Of a DNA stretch of 64,000 nt, positions 61,195 to 64,000 are shown one piece after another. The stretch's first letter is position 1; each line of letters begins with the position of its first letter. Below the pieces are notes generated by a model. That model ran no database searches, was not told the origin of the DNA, and saw only the letters and a program-made list of their open reading frames with translations. This stretch comes from Zootoca vivipara (taxonomy: Eukaryota): contig NC_083277.1 of assembly GCF_963506605.1 (NCBI RefSeq), positions 33,542,001-33,606,000 of the forward strand, read 5' to 3'. The position numbers and the translations under genes are program-made.

Positions 61195-62152
61195 CATCAT
61201 CATCATCATAGACTTTTATTGCCATGGCATCATTCAGGGGGGAAAAACAAAAGGAAAAACAGCAATAACCATAAAAATCATCAGGCACCACACATACAAT
61301 ATAAACCACGGTCACGGCTACTAAGATGGTTTGTTGCATAAAATAGAATAGCAGAAGATTATCTAGTAAAATGTGCCAAATTAAATATCTGAATCCCCTT
61401 TGCAGTTGACCGCTATTTTATCTAGTTCTTTCCTCCCGATATTCTTAGCTGCCAATGCATAGAGTGCTACTTTATAAGTTACAAAGTCATCAGTATTGCT
61501 CAGCAGCCATTTCACCCTTTCCACCCTATTCAAGTGAGTTCCATTCGGAAACAGGGGTTTTATGAATCGGTCTCTTGGGTCTATATATAATGGGCACTGC
61601 AATAAATAGTGGCACAGGTCCTCCACACAGGGTTGCCCACAAAGACAAAGTCTCTCTTCATAATGTACTTTGCCATAGTGTCCATCCAACACCACCAAGG
61701 GCATCGATTGGAATCGTAATTCTGTGAAAGCGATTCTAAGCATGGCATGTGGGAGCTTTTACAGGTAACTGGCCCGGGTATGCTCTGTTTTAATCATGGT
61801 TAGATCCCTTTCTGCATTGGACCTAAAGAGACAATCTCTTAAGTGCCTCTTGACCATCTTCATAGTCATCTGAAAATCTTGTAATTGGTATTGAGACAAG
61901 AGGCGTTGGGAAGCAAGAGCACTTTCCTGAGGAATTTGTTTTGCACTATTTCTAAGGCTTTGTTGGCATTTGGGTCCTTGCCCCCATATCACTACATCTG
62001 GGAGACCACTTTACTGGCAAAGATTTTCAATGCAGGTTCCAATAGCTGACCACCCGCCATAAAACAGAATTTCCTTAATGCCCCACAAGCTTTCTGCGCT
62101 TTGAGTTTCATAGCCTCGATGTGCCCCTTCCATGATAGTGTCTCAGTGAAAA
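61195..62152 (-). mobile_element. RTEX-like LINE 3' fragment
   Basis: C-terminal AFTELRF...ERLCLCG..VEDLCHYLLQCPLY zinc-knuckle region, an upstream LSWKGH block, and an AATAAAA plus (ATG)n tail. Confidence 0.7.
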
Positions 62153-62579
62153 GAATTGAGGATAAAAATCAGGACTTCTGTATGTTGATCTTCTATAGGA
62201 TAATCTTTGCCACAGTCATAACATTTCCAGGTTTGACACCTAAATGGAAAACCCTATAGTATCATCAAATTTGATGTAATTCTTTTGACTTGAAAGTAGT
62301 CGAACAGATGTGGAGAACACTGTGAGTTCTGTTTGATTGCAATTTCCTGGAAACAGTAAAGCAAATATTTGCACACACATTCAGGAGACGCTAGTTGGTG
62401 TGCCTCCTTCTGTGAACCTTGGTGATGAATAGAAATCTGCTGTGAAAAGGGATGGTTTGTAGTACAAATGACACCCTCCTTCCTTTCTCACCACGCCCAA
62501 TTCATCCCATAATAAAGTCCACCATTCTGCTATTTTTAGCTGATAGAACAGGTGGCATGTGGAGTAAAATCATTTAGGA

Positions 62580-62900
62580 GCATAGAAGCGTAGAACAATA
62601 GAGCTGGAAGGACAACCCCCTGCAATGCAGGAATTTCAACTAAAGTCTACATGACAGATAGCCATCCAACCTCTGCTTAAAAACCTCCACAACCTCCCGA
62701 GGGAGTCCGTTCCACTGTCGAACAGCTCTTACTGTCAGAAAGTTCTTCCTGATGTTTAGTTGGAATCTCCTTTCTTGTAACTTGAAGCCATTGGTTCAGG
62801 TCCTACCCTCCAGAGCAGGAGAAAACAAGCTTGCTCCATCTTCTATGTGACAGCCCTTAAGATATTCGACGATGCCTATCATATCTCCTCTCAGTCTTCT
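62580..62900 (-). mobile_element. CR1 LINE 3' fragment
   Basis: Reverse-complement homology to 9081-9478 and 50506-50879. Confidence 0.88.
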
Positions 62901-62923
62901 GCTTCCAAAACAGATGCTCCACC

Positions 62924-63172
62924 CATAGCTGCCAACCCTCCCTTTTTTTGCGGGAAACTCCCTTAATCTAAGCCACAGCTGTCAACTTTCCCTTTTTTTT
63001 GCTGGAAATTCCCTTATTCCAGCGCCGTTTCCCACTGCTATCTTGGATTGTTAGATATACCGTAGACTGTCCCCAGGACAGGTGAGGCTACTGATCCCTT
63101 ATTTTCAAATCCGAAAGTGGACAGGTGAGGCTGCTGATCCCTTATTTTCAAATCCGAAAGTTGACAGCTATG
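62924..63172. mobile_element. hAT non-autonomous element with internal tandem duplications
   Basis: TIR CATAGCTGCCAAC / GTTGACAGCTATG with an exact 8-bp TSD GCTCCACC. Confidence 0.88.
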
Positions 63173-63541
63173 GCTCCACCACTGAGCTGCAGCCCTTCCC
63201 CACAAGGTCCCTCCTCAGAATGCCACTTCTGTCAGCTCCCGCTGATCTATTACCCATCTGTGCAGCATATGTAGTGGGGAAAATAAATATGAGAAAACTG
63301 TACTTACTGAAGCAATACGCAAACTGAAACACACTTCTCCAAATTCTGTGGTGCACTTATCCAATTAAAAAATGTATTCTGTGAACAAACTTGCATATAT
63401 TACTAAAATAACATTGTGTGCATTATATTAGAGAGAAAATACGTGCTCAAATGGCAGAATTCAACACAGAAATGAGTTTCTTATGAGAAATGCACACCAA
63501 AAGCATGCAAATGTTTGTGTGCATCAGTTGGGGGAAGCTTT

Positions 63542-63633
63542 TTTTCGTATGCATTTTTGTATGCAGAAATGAAATAAACTGAACTCATTTTTGTATGCAT
63601 TTTTGTATGCAGAAATGAAATAAACTGAACTCA
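63542..63633. repeat. 46-bp tandem duplication
   Basis: TTTTYGTATGCATTTTTGTATGCAGAAATGAAATAAACTGAACTCA occurs twice. Confidence 0.85.
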
Positions 63634-64000
63634 AGACTTGAAAAATGGGAAACAGTTTCTTCCATCCCTATGAGTACCTCCATATAGTGCATGACTAGAG
63701 AATCACTGCTCCAATGTGGGCGGGTCTCCTGTAGCATATTTTCTTTCTGAAAGCCTGGAAAATGAAAGGGGCAACCCAGAAAAAAATCTCCTGTTTCTGT
63801 AACATGAAAGATTTCAGCACTATGGCTGAAAATCCTTCATGCAGACTATTAAGGGAGACGCACCGATATGTTTTCACCACAGAAGAGAAGTATTAAAATT
63901 TTACAAAGCTACAATGAAATAAAGGCAGCAGCCAATGCCATCTGCCAGAACAAATCGATATATGAGGGACCATCTTTCATTTAAGATTCAAGATGGTCAC

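Overview
Eukaryotic, repeat-rich genomic DNA from a squamate reptile, most likely a lacertid lizard (inferred from the Sauria-SINE, BovB, L2 and MITE content). I recognise no host protein-coding gene, rRNA, genuine tRNA or CRISPR array. The window reads as a large intron or gene desert: retroelements and DNA-transposon MITEs alternate with repeat-free blocks that look like conserved non-coding elements. Main features: (1) a full-length BovB (RTE) LINE with a 9-bp TSD and a 1016-aa EN+RT ORF cut short by one nonsense change, plus three truncated BovB copies, the four forming two subfamilies; (2) a young 5'-truncated L2 with an open RT ORF; (3) fragments of CR1, L1, Rex1/Babar and RTEX LINEs; (4) two Sauria SINEs and other tRNA-derived SINEs; (5) Tc1/mariner-, hAT- and Harbinger-type MITEs; (6) four solo LTRs; (7) a 135-N gap. 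The best leads are a covarying U-rich internal-loop hairpin (ENE/triple-helix-like) shared by three divergent solo LTRs, a minimal hammerhead ribozyme in a Penelope-type repeat, and an LTR-element 3' end (PPT+U3+R+A-tail) apparently retroposed in trans by a LINE. Family names come from by-eye motif recognition; no database search was run.
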